In this document: piece after piece, positions 9,841-20,226 of the stretch
Layout of the letters: each line of letters opens with the position of its first letter
How positions within the stretch are numbered: position 1 is the stretch's first letter
IMG/VR virus record: IMGVR_UViG_3300038464_000026
Direction: 5' to 3' (one strand)
DNA: 64,000 nt
DNA from: an uncultured virus (IMG/VR IMGVR_UViG_3300038464_000026)
Taxonomy: Duplodnaviria > Heunggongvirae > Uroviricota > Caudoviricetes > Crassvirales
The notes under the pieces: generated by a model
What the model was told of the DNA's origin: nothing
Databases searched by the model: none
What the model saw: the letters and a program-made list of their open reading frames with translations, nothing else
Made by a program: the position numbers and the translations under genes

Positions 9841-12198
9841 TTAGTCTTGACTTACAGGAACTTTATCTACTTTCTTTTCATTAATTCTATGCTTCTCATT
9901 TACATCATGCTCTTTTAGAGCTAACTCCCTTTTTTGTAACTCTAATTTATCTTCTTCAAGTTTTACATATTTATCTAAATCTTCTTTGCCCTCACCATCT
10001 TTACTAGATGATATAGCTTTTATCATTTCTCTATCTTTAGCTCCAGCTTCTTTAATATTAGCTAATTCAATCTTATTTTCAAGTGTGGCTTTTAATCTTT
10101 CATCTTCATGCTGTTGAGATACTTCTTCTTTTTGAGTATCTTTATCTTTCATACTAGATTCAAATTCTCTAGTAGTCTTTTCATATTCATCTAATATCTT
10201 ACATAATTCAGGGATATTATCAATAGCTATTATTTTAGCAGCTAATCCAGTTCTATCATTCTGTGCAGCAGCAAAAGCAATCTTAGATAATTGTTCAAGT
10301 TTCTCATTATCTAATTTACTATTAGTAACATATACTCCCCAATTAGTATCATAATCTTCACCAGGTTCTATTTTAACAAATGTAGTATCATGTAAAATTT
10401 TATCTATATAACTACCTGCTGTACCATCTATCCATGCTACTTTACTCCATTCTAAATCAGCTTGATGTTCTCTACGTAATGCTTCATTAAATACATATAT
10501 CATTAATGCACTACCTAATCTAGCCATTGCTAAATTCTGTTGATTAGTTGTAGCAGTTCCACTGGCAGGTGCTTCACCAACTCTAGCATCGCTCATATGA
10601 GATATCTCTTGAGCCTCAGCTTTAATTTGTGCTTTAAAGTTAGTCAATGCAGCTACGAATCTTTCTATTGACTGAGCTTGTGTAACACCTATTTCTCTTA
10701 CACCTTGAGCTATTGTATTAAAATCAACCTCACTATCATCATAAACTAATGAATTATCAGCAAGCATTTGAGTCCATTTATCAACTATAGTTCCTGCTGC
10801 ATCGTCATTAAGTAGCATTTTAGGAATAAGTATTATAGCAGCTTTAAATTTAGCTATAGTTCTTTCAATATGAAGTGTCATAATCCTATATAATACTAAA
10901 TAAGGTATAAGTCTATGAGGTATAGGATTAATAGCCATACCATTCATTATACCTTTTTTACCTCCAAAAGGACTTTTGCAAATACTCTTATTATTAGGGT
11001 CTCTACGTTGTACTAAACATGGTTGAGGTTTAGTATATACTCCTGCTCTATCATCACCAAATCTCTTTTGTATATAGAACTCATTAATCCATTCTTCTTC
11101 AATCTTAATATCTCCTAGTTCAGGATTAAGTATATAAGTTTCATCTACAGTCTTAGTTGTTATCTCACCCATTGCATTTAAATAGGTGAGTATCTTAATT
11201 AGTTTCTCAGTTTTATAACAAGCAATATATCTAGTTATAAGTCTATTATTATCTATTAAATCAAATTCAGTCTTGCCTTCAATTCTATTACCCATAAACT
11301 TTTCAAAAGATTCTCCATATCTAGTATGTAATAAAGATATAGGAACTGTAATTGGGCCATCTACATTACCTCTAGTAATAAGACTATCTATATAATCCCA
11401 ATCTTTAGGGTCTATTTCATGTCTATGCTTATCTATAAATTCATTTATTGATATTCTACTAATCCATAAAAATCCATCCATATCTTCTACATACTCCTCA
11501 CCATTATCTATAGGAAATCCCTCTAGAGGATTAATAATATCAGTATATACTTGGTCATTGACTATATACCTATATGTATAGTATTCTTCTGTAGCCCACC
11601 AATAAAAGAATCCAAGCATACGCTTAAACTCAAAATTATTAATATCATTAAGTAAATTGATTCTCTTTTGTCCTCTTATAGCTCTATCATCAATATACTT
11701 TTTAATAAAATCATCTGCAAATGCTTTGAAATCTGGCATTTGAGGCTGTTGTTTCTGCTGTTGTGCTTGCTGTTGAGTTTGCTTAATCAGAGCTATAAAT
11801 GCTTCCTGCAGCTTAGGAAATATAGTTTCTTGAAGTTTCTTATCTCTTAATAAAATTGCATCTCCATTATTAACTTTAACATGAAAAGTATATGGTAGTT
11901 GCATATATTCTCCTATACTATTTTCTTTAATAGGAGTTATAAAATCAACATCTCTTATCTTACCAGGAAGATAATCAGCTATATCTCCTATACCATCCCT
12001 TTTCTTTAAAGGACTAACTACATATTCAAATGTCTTAGCATCTATAATACCATTTGCAGCTTCTATATTTCTTGCTGTAAGTTCTTTATCATTAATAGCT
12101 ATTGCTTTATTAATAATGAAATCACACATAGGTTTATACCATTCTTGCTTTTGTTTATCAGCAGATGGAACTCTATGTTTAGGTTCGTATGTAAACAT
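9841..12198 (-). CDS. Portal protein
   Basis: 785 aa between TerL and MCP; crAss portal features, coiled-coil C-terminus. Confidence 0.85.
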   Translation of the reverse strand: MFTYEPKHRVPSADKQKQEWYKPMCDFIINKAIAINDKELTARNIEAANGIIDAKTFEYVVSPLKKRDGIGDIADYLPGKIRDVDFITPIKENSIGEYMQLPYTFHVKVNNGDAILLRDKKLQETIFPKLQEAFIALIKQTQQQAQQQKQQPQMPDFKAFADDFIKKYIDDRAIRGQKRINLLNDINNFEFKRMLGFFYWWATEEYYTYRYIVNDQVYTDIINPLEGFPIDNGEEYVEDMDGFLWISRISINEFIDKHRHEIDPKDWDYIDSLITRGNVDGPITVPISLLHTRYGESFEKFMGNRIEGKTEFDLIDNNRLITRYIACYKTEKLIKILTYLNAMGEITTKTVDETYILNPELGDIKIEEEWINEFYIQKRFGDDRAGVYTKPQPCLVQRRDPNNKSICKSPFGGKKGIMNGMAINPIPHRLIPYLVLYRIMTLHIERTIAKFKAAIILIPKMLLNDDAAGTIVDKWTQMLADNSLVYDDSEVDFNTIAQGVREIGVTQAQSIERFVAALTNFKAQIKAEAQEISHMSDARVGEAPASGTATTNQQNLAMARLGSALMIYVFNEALRREHQADLEWSKVAWIDGTAGSYIDKILHDTTFVKIEPGEDYDTNWGVYVTNSKLDNEKLEQLSKIAFAAAQNDRTGLAAKIIAIDNIPELCKILDEYEKTTREFESSMKDKDTQKEEVSQQHEDERLKATLENKIELANIKEAGAKDREMIKAISSSKDGEGKEDLDKYVKLEEDKLELQKRELALKEHDVNEKHRINEKKVDKVPVSQD

Positions 12199-12203
12199 AT
12201 ATC

Positions 12204-14450
12204 TTAGTTTTTATATTGATTATAACCATATAAACCAAGAGACTTTATTGTGGTCATTCCAGCAGTCTTAATCTTAGCTTTAATATTTTTAGTCTTATAA
12301 GCCATTCTTTGATACATAGCAACTTCTAATGATTTAACTCTATCATAGTTACCTTGTGAACTAAACTTTTGTATTTCTAATAAAGTAGGTACATCATATA
12401 TATAATGAAATATATATCTTATTTTACCAGTTTTATCATCTACTCCAACAGGACTATATAGCCAATCTTTTAAATAAAGTGCTCCATTATCTGACATCTC
12501 TTTTCCACTAATATCTATACCATAATCAGCATTCATATTCTCTTTAAGTTTTTCTGTTATAATACTCATAGGATTTCTGTATAACCATTTTAGCATACCC
12601 CATCTTCTAAAATTAGCTACAGTAACACCTCTATTAGTTTCAACTAACATCTTAGCATTATATCTTTCGCACAACAATAATGCAATTCTATCTACATCAT
12701 CCATCTGTTCAGTCCTACCAACATAACTTGCACATATTATATCACCTGGACTATTAGATATATTATTAGGATACATTATAACATATATTGAATTAAGAGA
12801 GTTCTTAGTAGTAACTTCCTTAATTTTCTTATCTATTCCAACAGGGTCATAGCATACATAATATAAATCATTAGGTATTCTATCACCTTCTTCACTTAAT
12901 GTATATGGAGGAAAAAACTCTCTAATACATCCATGTATATCATCCCCTTTTCTAAAAGGTACATTTTCAATAAATTGATGTATTTTAGTTCCATCTAATT
13001 TAAGAACCTCATTAGTTTTAAATAATATAATTCCTTTATCATCTTTAACTAACATACCATCTCTATACCATTTGAAATCAGGATTGTTTCTTATATTATT
13101 TATATGAGTATTTAAATCAGGACTACTAAATAGATTCTCAATACCTGTACTAAATGATTCAGAAGGATAATTAGCATTCATGGCACAATGAATAGCATAG
13201 GAATCTTCTGTTGTATCAGCTAATCTCTTAGCTTCTCTTTCAGCATCAGATATTCTTATTGCTACTTCATAATTGCTATTACCATCTTTATCCATAGCAA
13301 AGTTACCAAACTCATCTACACCTTCCAATGAAGTCCAATAAGGTTTAAAGAATCCACATACTTTATGCCTACTATCTTTATCCCATACATTTTCAAAAGG
13401 CATAAATTTATATAGTTCAGGGTTATAAAATAATTTTTCAAATTGAATCCAATTACCTTCTCTAGAACCACCAGTTCCAAATCCAGTTATAGTTCCTGTT
13501 TTATATGAACCTGCTCTTGTAGTAGGTTCAGATATATCTAATGTCTTCTCTAAATTAGGAAAGTTACTTAACTCTTCTAACTTTATATCTCTACAGTCTT
13601 TACCCATTGTAACATCTGGATTATCTTTAGCACTCACTGCTAATATCATACTGAGATAACCTGCTTCTGTACCATCTGCTTCTTTAAATCCTACTTCTAA
13701 TTCATCTACTGTTTTCTTTAATAATCCTCTAGGACTACCATCTTTATTAAATCCTCCTCTAATAAAAGGAGTATGTTTCTCATAAAAATTCAATTGATTT
13801 TGAGCCATCTTAGATATTGCTCTACCTGTAGTAACATATTCACTAAGATATGCAGCATGAACTATAATTGTATTAGGTTCTAAATTAATTGTATCAGCAC
13901 TATCAATACCTTCCATATAACTAAATCCACCTCGTCTAGACTTACCAACAATCATATTATAACCATTATTCCTAGCAAATTCTTTAGATTGATAATACCA
14001 ATATTGACTACCAAAGAATCTAGGAAAGCTCTCACTTTTATCAGCAGTAGATACTTTAGTATTTATACTATCCTCATCTATACTTATTATTCTACCATAA
14101 TTTAAAAAGTTATAATGTTTACCTGTTATATGTAAATTCTCAATCTTACCATTTTTTAATTTACAAGGCATAGTTAATCCAAATCTCCTTCTATATTCTT
14201 CTCTTTCTCTAAATCTATTCCACTCAGGACTATCAACTTCAAAATGAGTATATCTACCATATTTATCATAAAATCTAGCAACTTCTGTAAATAATTGAGT
14301 ATTGATAAAATCAAAATCCATATTAAATAAAAATCCACCACTATCACCTAGTAAGAAATTATTATCTAAATCTATAAAACCAGCTTGTGAACTAGTTTTA
14401 TAACTAGATTTATCTTCTCTAATATATTCTATGAAACTATCATTATTCAT
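12204..14450 (-). CDS. terL: Terminase large subunit
   Basis: 748 aa; ITGKHYNFLNYGRI, Walker A-like VGKSRRGGFSY, FGTGG, nuclease YDPVG and GNYDRV motifs typical of crAss TerL. Confidence 0.92.
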   Translation of the reverse strand: MNNDSFIEYIREDKSSYKTSSQAGFIDLDNNFLLGDSGGFLFNMDFDFINTQLFTEVARFYDKYGRYTHFEVDSPEWNRFREREEYRRRFGLTMPCKLKNGKIENLHITGKHYNFLNYGRIISIDEDSINTKVSTADKSESFPRFFGSQYWYYQSKEFARNNGYNMIVGKSRRGGFSYMEGIDSADTINLEPNTIIVHAAYLSEYVTTGRAISKMAQNQLNFYEKHTPFIRGGFNKDGSPRGLLKKTVDELEVGFKEADGTEAGYLSMILAVSAKDNPDVTMGKDCRDIKLEELSNFPNLEKTLDISEPTTRAGSYKTGTITGFGTGGSREGNWIQFEKLFYNPELYKFMPFENVWDKDSRHKVCGFFKPYWTSLEGVDEFGNFAMDKDGNSNYEVAIRISDAEREAKRLADTTEDSYAIHCAMNANYPSESFSTGIENLFSSPDLNTHINNIRNNPDFKWYRDGMLVKDDKGIILFKTNEVLKLDGTKIHQFIENVPFRKGDDIHGCIREFFPPYTLSEEGDRIPNDLYYVCYDPVGIDKKIKEVTTKNSLNSIYVIMYPNNISNSPGDIICASYVGRTEQMDDVDRIALLLCERYNAKMLVETNRGVTVANFRRWGMLKWLYRNPMSIITEKLKENMNADYGIDISGKEMSDNGALYLKDWLYSPVGVDDKTGKIRYIFHYIYDVPTLLEIQKFSSQGNYDRVKSLEVAMYQRMAYKTKNIKAKIKTAGMTTIKSLGLYGYNQYKN

Positions 14451-14569
14451 TTAATAATAACACTACTTTAAACTATTTATTGAATTGCTTATCAGTTTCT
14501 TTGCCAATCTTTTCAGCTAATCGCTTCCAATATGATTTTCTATCTACCCTTCAACTAATAAATTGGTTA

Positions 14570-14728
14570 CTAGTCAGTATATTTTTTAACTAATAAATTT
14601 ATATCTTTTAAAAGTTTCTTATAGTTTGCTTTTCTAAACTTATATCCATAGAGTATAACACTTATAAAGTTATCTCTTTCTTTATCAGGCTCAACAATAT
14701 TACCTGATATTTCTAATTTACTTTTCAT
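14570..14728 (-). CDS. Small hypothetical protein (52 aa, not in ORF track)
   Basis: MKSKLEISGNIVEPDK...KKYTD*; AT-rich leader. Confidence 0.5.
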   Translation of the reverse strand: MKSKLEISGNIVEPDKERDNFISVILYGYKFRKANYKKLLKDINLLVKKYTD

Positions 14729-14749
14729 ATTAAATTATTTAAATTAACA

Positions 14750-15214
14750 TTATTTATCAAAATATTTATCTGTTATAATATCTGCTTCTTTTTCCATAAG
14801 TTTAAATTCCTGTTGTGTTTTTGCAGGTAATGATATTATAAAATAATTATACAAATCTTTTTTAAAATCCTGTATGTATTTATTTTGTAAATCATAATGA
14901 ATTTGTAAAGTTAATGATTCTATGTTAGATAATCTTGAAAGATAAATAGAATCCATATAACTCCAGCACCAACTATAAAATTGATGCTTAAAAATTGAGT
15001 TAAGTTGTGAAACATCATATTGACTTTGCTTTACTTGGGTTTCAAATTGTAAAATTTCAAAATTTATTTCCTTAATACTTTCATCTATTTCTTTATTAGT
15101 TTTATAATAATCATAAGAAAGACTATTGAAATTATGCTGTAATTTGTTAAATTTCTTTTGTGAAACACAAGCAAACAAAAATGGAACGAGCAATAAAAAC
15201 ACTACTTTTTTCAT
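14750..15214 (-). CDS. Predicted lipoprotein with coiled coil
   Basis: MKKVVFLLLVPFLFA-C lipobox followed by heptad-like region. Confidence 0.65.
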   Translation of the reverse strand: MKKVVFLLLVPFLFACVSQKKFNKLQHNFNSLSYDYYKTNKEIDESIKEINFEILQFETQVKQSQYDVSQLNSIFKHQFYSWCWSYMDSIYLSRLSNIESLTLQIHYDLQNKYIQDFKKDLYNYFIISLPAKTQQEFKLMEKEADIITDKYFDK

Positions 15215-15253
15215 ACTGTATTATTTAACTTTATAAATTATTCTGTAACTAAA

Positions 15254-15886
15254 TCATTGTTTATATTTACTAGATATCATACTTCCTATTATCTTTCCAC
15301 CACCCCAAGCTAATTTAATTTTCTCTTCTTCTTTTTTTAATAGAACTTCATAGTTCTTATGTGTTTCTATTTGTTTAGGTATTTCTTTTGATATACCCAT
15401 TAACTTCTCTTGATTTCCTATTATTTGACTTGTAAGTTCATCTATTCTTTTTATATCTTCTGGATGTTCTGCTTTAACCTTTTTAGTTTGCTCAATAAGA
15501 TATATTATAAGTTCATTTATTATCTGTAATGTAGCATAAGAACTATTAAACGATTTAAGTATTTCATTGTTTAGTTTAATTATTATATTCTCTTGCTCAA
15601 GTCTATATCTATCTATTGCAAGTTCTACATCTTTATTTATAATATATCCATTAGGTAATTGTGCTGTATTAACTGCATAGTTATAAGCATCATCACCATT
15701 TAATCCATTCCTATTACAATAACTCTTATAGTCTGCTATCTGATAAATATAATTAAATTCCTTAAAAGCTAATTCTTTTTTACTACTACTATCTTTATCT
15801 AATATCCTTTTGAACTCTGGAATTAATAAAATTTCAGGAGTACTTAACTCAAGTTTATTATCATTGAATATAAATATACTAGTCAT
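15254..15886 (-). CDS. Conserved crAss helical protein upstream of TerL (possible small terminase)
   Basis: EILLIPEFKRILDKD...AFKEFNYIY motif; TerS role is inferred from position only. Confidence 0.45.
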   Translation of the reverse strand: MTSIFIFNDNKLELSTPEILLIPEFKRILDKDSSSKKELAFKEFNYIYQIADYKSYCNRNGLNGDDAYNYAVNTAQLPNGYIINKDVELAIDRYRLEQENIIIKLNNEILKSFNSSYATLQIINELIIYLIEQTKKVKAEHPEDIKRIDELTSQIIGNQEKLMGISKEIPKQIETHKNYEVLLKKEEEKIKLAWGGGKIIGSMISSKYKQ

Positions 15887-16146
15887 TATATACTATGGTC
15901 TAAATAAATAAATGAATGACTAATAATAGGTTCAACTATAGGATTAGTATTAAAAGTTTCACTAGGAATTAAGGATATAAGTATAGTTTCTTTTTTTCCA
16001 TACTTTCCTTCTTTCTTTAATTGTTCTACATATTTAGCATGTTTAGCCCAATCTTCTTCAGTCCACCATTCACTTTCCATATCTCCAACACTACCTAAAG
16101 TAATATCAACACTATAAGTTTTAAGTTTATTATCTTTCATATACAT
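15886..16146 (-). CDS. Hypothetical protein
   Basis: Track ORF 15886..16212 trimmed to ATG at 16146 because the longer start crosses a terminator. Confidence 0.55.
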   Translation of the reverse strand: MYMKDNKLKTYSVDITLGSVGDMESEWWTEEDWAKHAKYVEQLKKEGKYGKKETILISLIPSETFNTNPIVEPIISHSFIYLDHSI

Positions 16147-16168
16147 CTTATTTAAATTATATTTAAAA

Positions 16169-16196
16169 TTAAAAAAGGGGACTATGATTAGTCCCC
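16169..16196 (-). terminator. Intrinsic terminator
   Basis: Minus strand GGGGACTA-at-c-a-TAGTCCCC-TTTTTT. Confidence 0.8.
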
Positions 16197-16216
16197 ACGC
16201 AGACACAGACAAATAA

Positions 16217-16540
16217 TTACGGAGCAGTTATAATATTAGTATCTTTAACTTCAGCAGTAGTTAAAGTTGTATTATCAATTATAGTTATATTATTACCAAG
16301 TAACTCTGTTAAATCAAGAGACACAATAGATTTACTAAATAATCCATCTAATATCTTTCCTAGAAATGTTGCATCAAATCCAACACCTATATTCATTATT
16401 AGATGTTTATCTGAATTAACAGATATACTTTTAAGTATTAAATTCTTACTTTTCAATTCCTCTATAAATAAAACTACATCTCCTATAAGATGTACTACTT
16501 CATTTATAATAACTCCATCTTTAGTTAAAATAACTTTCAT
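16217..16540 (-). CDS. Hypothetical protein
   Basis: 107 aa ORF followed by strong terminator. Confidence 0.65.
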   Translation of the reverse strand: MKVILTKDGVIINEVVHLIGDVVLFIEELKSKNLILKSISVNSDKHLIMNIGVGFDATFLGKILDGLFSKSIVSLDLTELLGNNITIIDNTTLTTAEVKDTNIITAP

Positions 16541-16566
16541 ATTATTATAATTATTAATTTATTAAT

Positions 16567-16779
16567 TTATAACGTTACTATATTAGACCAATGGAATCTA
16601 TAAGAAGCAGTATTTGATATAATAGGTTTTACTAGTTTTTCCATATAGCTTAGTACTTTCATATTAATCTCTTCTATACTATCAGTATTAGGAACTTCTG
16701 CTAAGAAATAATAAATTTGTGCTAATATTACACCATTTACTTCCCACCAATAACTAACTAATATATTCTTCATATTCAT
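16567..16779 (-). CDS. Hypothetical protein
   Basis: 70 aa, tightly packed in operon. Confidence 0.6.
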   Translation of the reverse strand: MNMKNILVSYWWEVNGVILAQIYYFLAEVPNTDSIEEINMKVLSYMEKLVKPIISNTASYRFHWSNIVTL

Positions 16780-16781
16780 TA

Positions 16782-16985
16782 TTAATTCATTGTACTTCTC
16801 ATATTATCATAAACATCACCATTTATTCTAACATGATTAATTGTTACAAGTATATCTTCTTCTTTTAAAGGACAATCTCTTCTAAAGCCTTCTACTAATC
16901 TAATAGGTAGATGTAATACTTTACATTCTAAATCATGTTCTAAAGGACATTCAATACAACCTACTGAATTATATAATATTCTCAT
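16782..16985 (-). CDS. Small Cys-rich putative Zn-binding protein
   Basis: CIECPL...C...DCPL. Confidence 0.55.
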   Translation of the reverse strand: MRILYNSVGCIECPLEHDLECKVLHLPIRLVEGFRRDCPLKEEDILVTINHVRINGDVYDNMRSTMN

Positions 16986-17251
16986 ATTTTTTTTGGATTA
17001 GGATAACCATCTAAATATAATAATTTAAGGAGTATTCTTAACTCATCTTTAGTTTCTATATAACCACTAAAAACTTGACTAATTACATTTCCTCTATCAT
17101 AAAATATTTGAATACTATTTACATCACCTTCCATTATTTCTGCTTCATAATATAATTCTATAAATCGATTTCCTTTGTATGAATCAAATCTATTTGGGTT
17201 ATCCCATGATTGATTAAAACCAGATTCTATTATATTACTTATTGTTATCAT
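16982..17251 (-). CDS. Hypothetical protein
   Basis: 89 aa, 4-bp overlaps with both neighbours. Confidence 0.6.
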   Translation of the reverse strand: MITISNIIESGFNQSWDNPNRFDSYKGNRFIELYYEAEIMEGDVNSIQIFYDRGNVISQVFSGYIETKDELRILLKLLYLDGYPNPKKI

Positions 17252-18207
17252 ATCATCATTATAATTTGATTATTCTTAATATTACTTTCTTTATAATGTT
17301 CAAACATATTCTGAACATCCTCTTTAAGATATTTTATAGATAAAAACTCAATCTTTTCTTTACCTATTAATTCAGGCATTGTATTTACTATATAATCATT
17401 TTCATCATATAGTTCATGTCTTATATGACACAATATATTAGAAGCACATTTAAGACCAAAGCCTTCAATTAAATAATTATATATACTTAATTGTAGTGTG
17501 TATTTATTTTTAGTACTAGCAGTTAAATGACATAATGGATAACTAAAATATTTATGTGTTTCTATAAAATTATCAGTTACATTTCCATACTCATCTTTCT
17601 CATAATACCCACTTAATTCAGATATATTATCTCTATTAGTTTTCCAATCTAATATAATAAATGAATTGCCTTTAACTAATAATATATCTATTAATCCACT
17701 AATTAAATAATCAGAATTAAAAGCACCTATTTCAGAATATATTTTATATCCTTCATTAGTATAATATTCTAATAGTATATAAATTTGAGGATATTTATCT
17801 TTAATACCTGTTTTAACAAAATATTCTAATTCTATCTTTCCAAAAGTATCATTTTCAAGTATATCAGGTATAGTATATATTCTATCATTAATATAATTAC
17901 CTTCAACTCTTTTATAACCATTAGAATTTTTAACTGTATGTTCTAAGAAGTCATGTCTATCATTACCTCTGGCACATGCTATAATTCTTGCTGCATCCCA
18001 TTCTTCTATTAATTGTTTAGCTGTCTTACCTATATATTTAGGATTACCCATTCTACCTGCTTTCTCACAATTTTTAGCAACTTCTTTACTATCAAATTTA
18101 TCATAATAATTAGCTACTAATGTAGTACAGGATATATACGGATTACCAAGATTATCTGTATATTTATGGTTCTTCTCATCGAAATATATAATCTTATTTT
18201 TATTCAT
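17248..18207 (-). CDS. PD-(D/E)XK exonuclease (Cas4/lambda-exo-like)
   Basis: YFDEKNHKY...YISCTT, RGNDRHDFLE, SEI...ISGLIDILL...ILDWKTN, YTLQLSIY. Confidence 0.85.
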   Translation of the reverse strand: MNKNKIIYFDEKNHKYTDNLGNPYISCTTLVANYYDKFDSKEVAKNCEKAGRMGNPKYIGKTAKQLIEEWDAARIIACARGNDRHDFLEHTVKNSNGYKRVEGNYINDRIYTIPDILENDTFGKIELEYFVKTGIKDKYPQIYILLEYYTNEGYKIYSEIGAFNSDYLISGLIDILLVKGNSFIILDWKTNRDNISELSGYYEKDEYGNVTDNFIETHKYFSYPLCHLTASTKNKYTLQLSIYNYLIEGFGLKCASNILCHIRHELYDENDYIVNTMPELIGKEKIEFLSIKYLKEDVQNMFEHYKESNIKNNQIIMMI

Positions 18208-18208
18208 A

Positions 18209-18676
18209 TTATATATCAGTTGGTAAATATAATTCTACCATATAAGGTATTTTTAATTGTTTATTATCTATTTTACCTACAATTCTATTATTACTATTAC
18301 AATCAAGATTATCAACAACTTCACTATATTTAACCCAATCAACATTTAATTGACTAGCCATCTTTTTTTCTATAAATGTAGCAAATTGATGTTCTTGATA
18401 ATAAGGTGCTTTAGGGTCATTACCTGGTTCATCATTATTATCTTCTTCTCTATTCTCTTCAAAATCTATATCAAATTTACTAATATCCTCTTCTTTAATA
18501 CCTCTATCTGCACATAAATTTAATTCTACTAATTCATGTAAAGCTATTAATAAATTATATTTATCATTACCTGTATCAGCTACTTCTATAATTTGTTTAC
18601 CATTCTCTATAAAATAATCACCTGGAGTAATATATCTCATAGTATTAGGTTTTATAATTCTAATTATTGTGTCCAT
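18209..18676 (-). CDS. Hypothetical protein with HExxE motif (possible metal-binding/zincin-like)
   Basis: IALHELVE...EPGNDPKAPYYQEHQFA. Confidence 0.5.
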   Translation of the reverse strand: MDTIIRIIKPNTMRYITPGDYFIENGKQIIEVADTGNDKYNLLIALHELVELNLCADRGIKEEDISKFDIDFEENREEDNNDEPGNDPKAPYYQEHQFATFIEKKMASQLNVDWVKYSEVVDNLDCNSNNRIVGKIDNKQLKIPYMVELYLPTDI

Positions 18677-18680
18677 TATA

Positions 18681-18923
18681 TTACCATTTATTTATTAGAC
18701 AGTGTTCATTTTGTACTCTTATTTTACTATTAATAGGGCATTTGCATAAAGCACAATATTGTAATAAACCATTTCCTATTTTAATTAATACTTTAACATT
18801 AGGACACTTATTACATTGTTTACTTCTTTCTATAACCCATTCTTCATTGTCTTTTAAATTAAATACATTATCTATTGTACCTTCAATTATATTGATTACT
18901 TTTTTACAATTCTGGCAGGGCAT
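18681..18923 (-). CDS. Zn-finger protein
   Basis: CQNC...RSKQCNKCP...CALCKCPINSKIR...CLINKW. Confidence 0.7.
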   Translation of the reverse strand: MPCQNCKKVINIIEGTIDNVFNLKDNEEWVIERSKQCNKCPNVKVLIKIGNGLLQYCALCKCPINSKIRVQNEHCLINKW

Positions 18924-18952
18924 ATAATAATGTAATATATTTACAATGCTAA

Positions 18953-19102
18953 TTAAAAAAGAGTAATAGTATTTAGTAATTTGATAAATTTGATTCCAAA
19001 TTTAGTAGTTCCAGAGATTTCCTTTGATTTCTTTGCTTCTTTAATTGCATTGGGAAGTCCCTTAATCCCTACTACTGTCTGTTTGATAACTACATTTTCC
19101 AT
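18953..19102 (-). CDS. Small basic protein (49 aa, not in ORF track)
   Basis: MENVVIKQTVVGIKGLPNAIKEAKKSKEISGTTKFGIKFIKLLNTITLF*; first ORF after promoter B. Confidence 0.55.
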   Translation of the reverse strand: MENVVIKQTVVGIKGLPNAIKEAKKSKEISGTTKFGIKFIKLLNTITLF

Positions 19103-19130
19103 TTTATTTCATTTATTAGATTAAACAATA

Positions 19131-19200
19131 TGCAAATGTACTATCTTTTTTCTTAGTTTCAACATCTAATCTATCACAGTTACTAACAGATTTATTAACA
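19131..19200 (-). promoter_or_regulatory. Promoter B: -7 element with tandem upstream boxes
   Basis: TGTTAATAA(19200-19192)-atc-TGTTAGTAA(19188-19180)-N39-TACATTTG(19140-19133)CA. Confidence 0.8.
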
Positions 19201-19827
19201 TTATGCAGTTATATAATTTTTAGTAGTTCTAATTCTATCAAGTTCTAATAGTAAATAGATTATGCACTCTTGAAACTTAGTTATAATATAATTATAATGA
19301 GGTTTTAAGCCAACTATACTAAACTTTATATCATAAGTGAACTTCAATAAAGCACATATTCTCTCAATATTATTATATCCTTTAAACAATTTAACATCAA
19401 TATAATGTATAACAGGTAATCCTATTCCAATTGTTTCACTCATTTCTAACTCACTATATCTATCCTCATCTTTCATTATATCTTCTTTACTACATAAATC
19501 CTGATTAATAATATTATTATAATCTAAACCACTAATAGTATCTAACTTTAATATTTCTCTAATTAATAATATACCTTGCCTATAATCTGTTATTTCTTTA
19601 CTAAAAGTAATTACATTATTAATTTTAAATTGTTCCTCTACTTCATCATATTCAACCATATTTTTAGATACAGTTCTTACTTTATTACTAAGTTCATATA
19701 AATAATAGAGTTGCTTTCTTAAAGTAACTATGGTATTATAATAACTATCTTGTTCTCCTTTATGAATCTTATGTCCTAATTCATCATTAGTATATTCTTC
19801 TATCTTATTGTCTACTTCTTCATTCAT
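19201..19827 (-). CDS. Hypothetical protein
   Basis: 208 aa ORF in operon. Confidence 0.7.
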   Translation of the reverse strand: MNEEVDNKIEEYTNDELGHKIHKGEQDSYYNTIVTLRKQLYYLYELSNKVRTVSKNMVEYDEVEEQFKINNVITFSKEITDYRQGILLIREILKLDTISGLDYNNIINQDLCSKEDIMKDEDRYSELEMSETIGIGLPVIHYIDVKLFKGYNNIERICALLKFTYDIKFSIVGLKPHYNYIITKFQECIIYLLLELDRIRTTKNYITA

Positions 19828-20224
19828 TTGATTTATTTTTAAGTGTCTGTTTGAATAGATTTATAGCTACTAAATCTTTATCTATATGATTAGCCTTTGA
19901 TTCATTTACTTTTCTATCATACATAGCATGCCTAATAGTCTGATAATCTGCACCAGATTTAGACATAGCTCTAGCATCTTCTATATTCTTGCTATGCCTA
20001 AATGTACCAAAATGAATCATATGCACATCTTCAAGAGTATCTATACCTTCTTTAATAATCTTATCTTGACTAATAAAGATGTCTAACAAAGTTCTAATTT
20101 TATCTTCTTTATTTAAAGAATTAAAATTAGATAACCATTGTTTATCTTCATCAGTCTTAATATTTATTATATTAGGATTATTAATAAATTTAGTAGCTAT
20201 ATTATTTCTATATTCTTTACTCAT
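19820..20224 (-). CDS. Possible HU/IHF-like DNA-binding protein
   Basis: IFISQDKIIKEGI...DVHMIHFGTFR resembles HU/IHF V.i.gFG.F; crAss phages carry IHF-like genes in this block. Confidence 0.45.
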   Translation of the reverse strand: MSKEYRNNIATKFINNPNIINIKTDEDKQWLSNFNSLNKEDKIRTLLDIFISQDKIIKEGIDTLEDVHMIHFGTFRHSKNIEDARAMSKSGADYQTIRHAMYDRKVNESKANHIDKDLVAINLFKQTLKNKSNE

Positions 20225-20226
20225 TA

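Noticed and set aside
11740..11785. Gln-rich run in the portal (QTQQQAQQQKQQPQ)
   Set aside because: Mixed CAA/CAG codons in a probable flexible loop; not a slippage-type DNA repeat.
12905..12920. TGGAGGAAAAAA in terL as a seventh motif copy
   Set aside because: Only the right half matches; the CCCCC arm is missing.
6857..14450. Introns or inteins in MCP, portal or TerL
   Set aside because: ORFs are continuous and of ordinary crAss length; no intein or homing-endonuclease motifs recognised.
17248..18207. Cas4-like nuclease as part of a CRISPR system
   Set aside because: Stand-alone PD-(D/E)XK nuclease typical of crAss phages; no Fe-S cysteine set, cas1 or array nearby.
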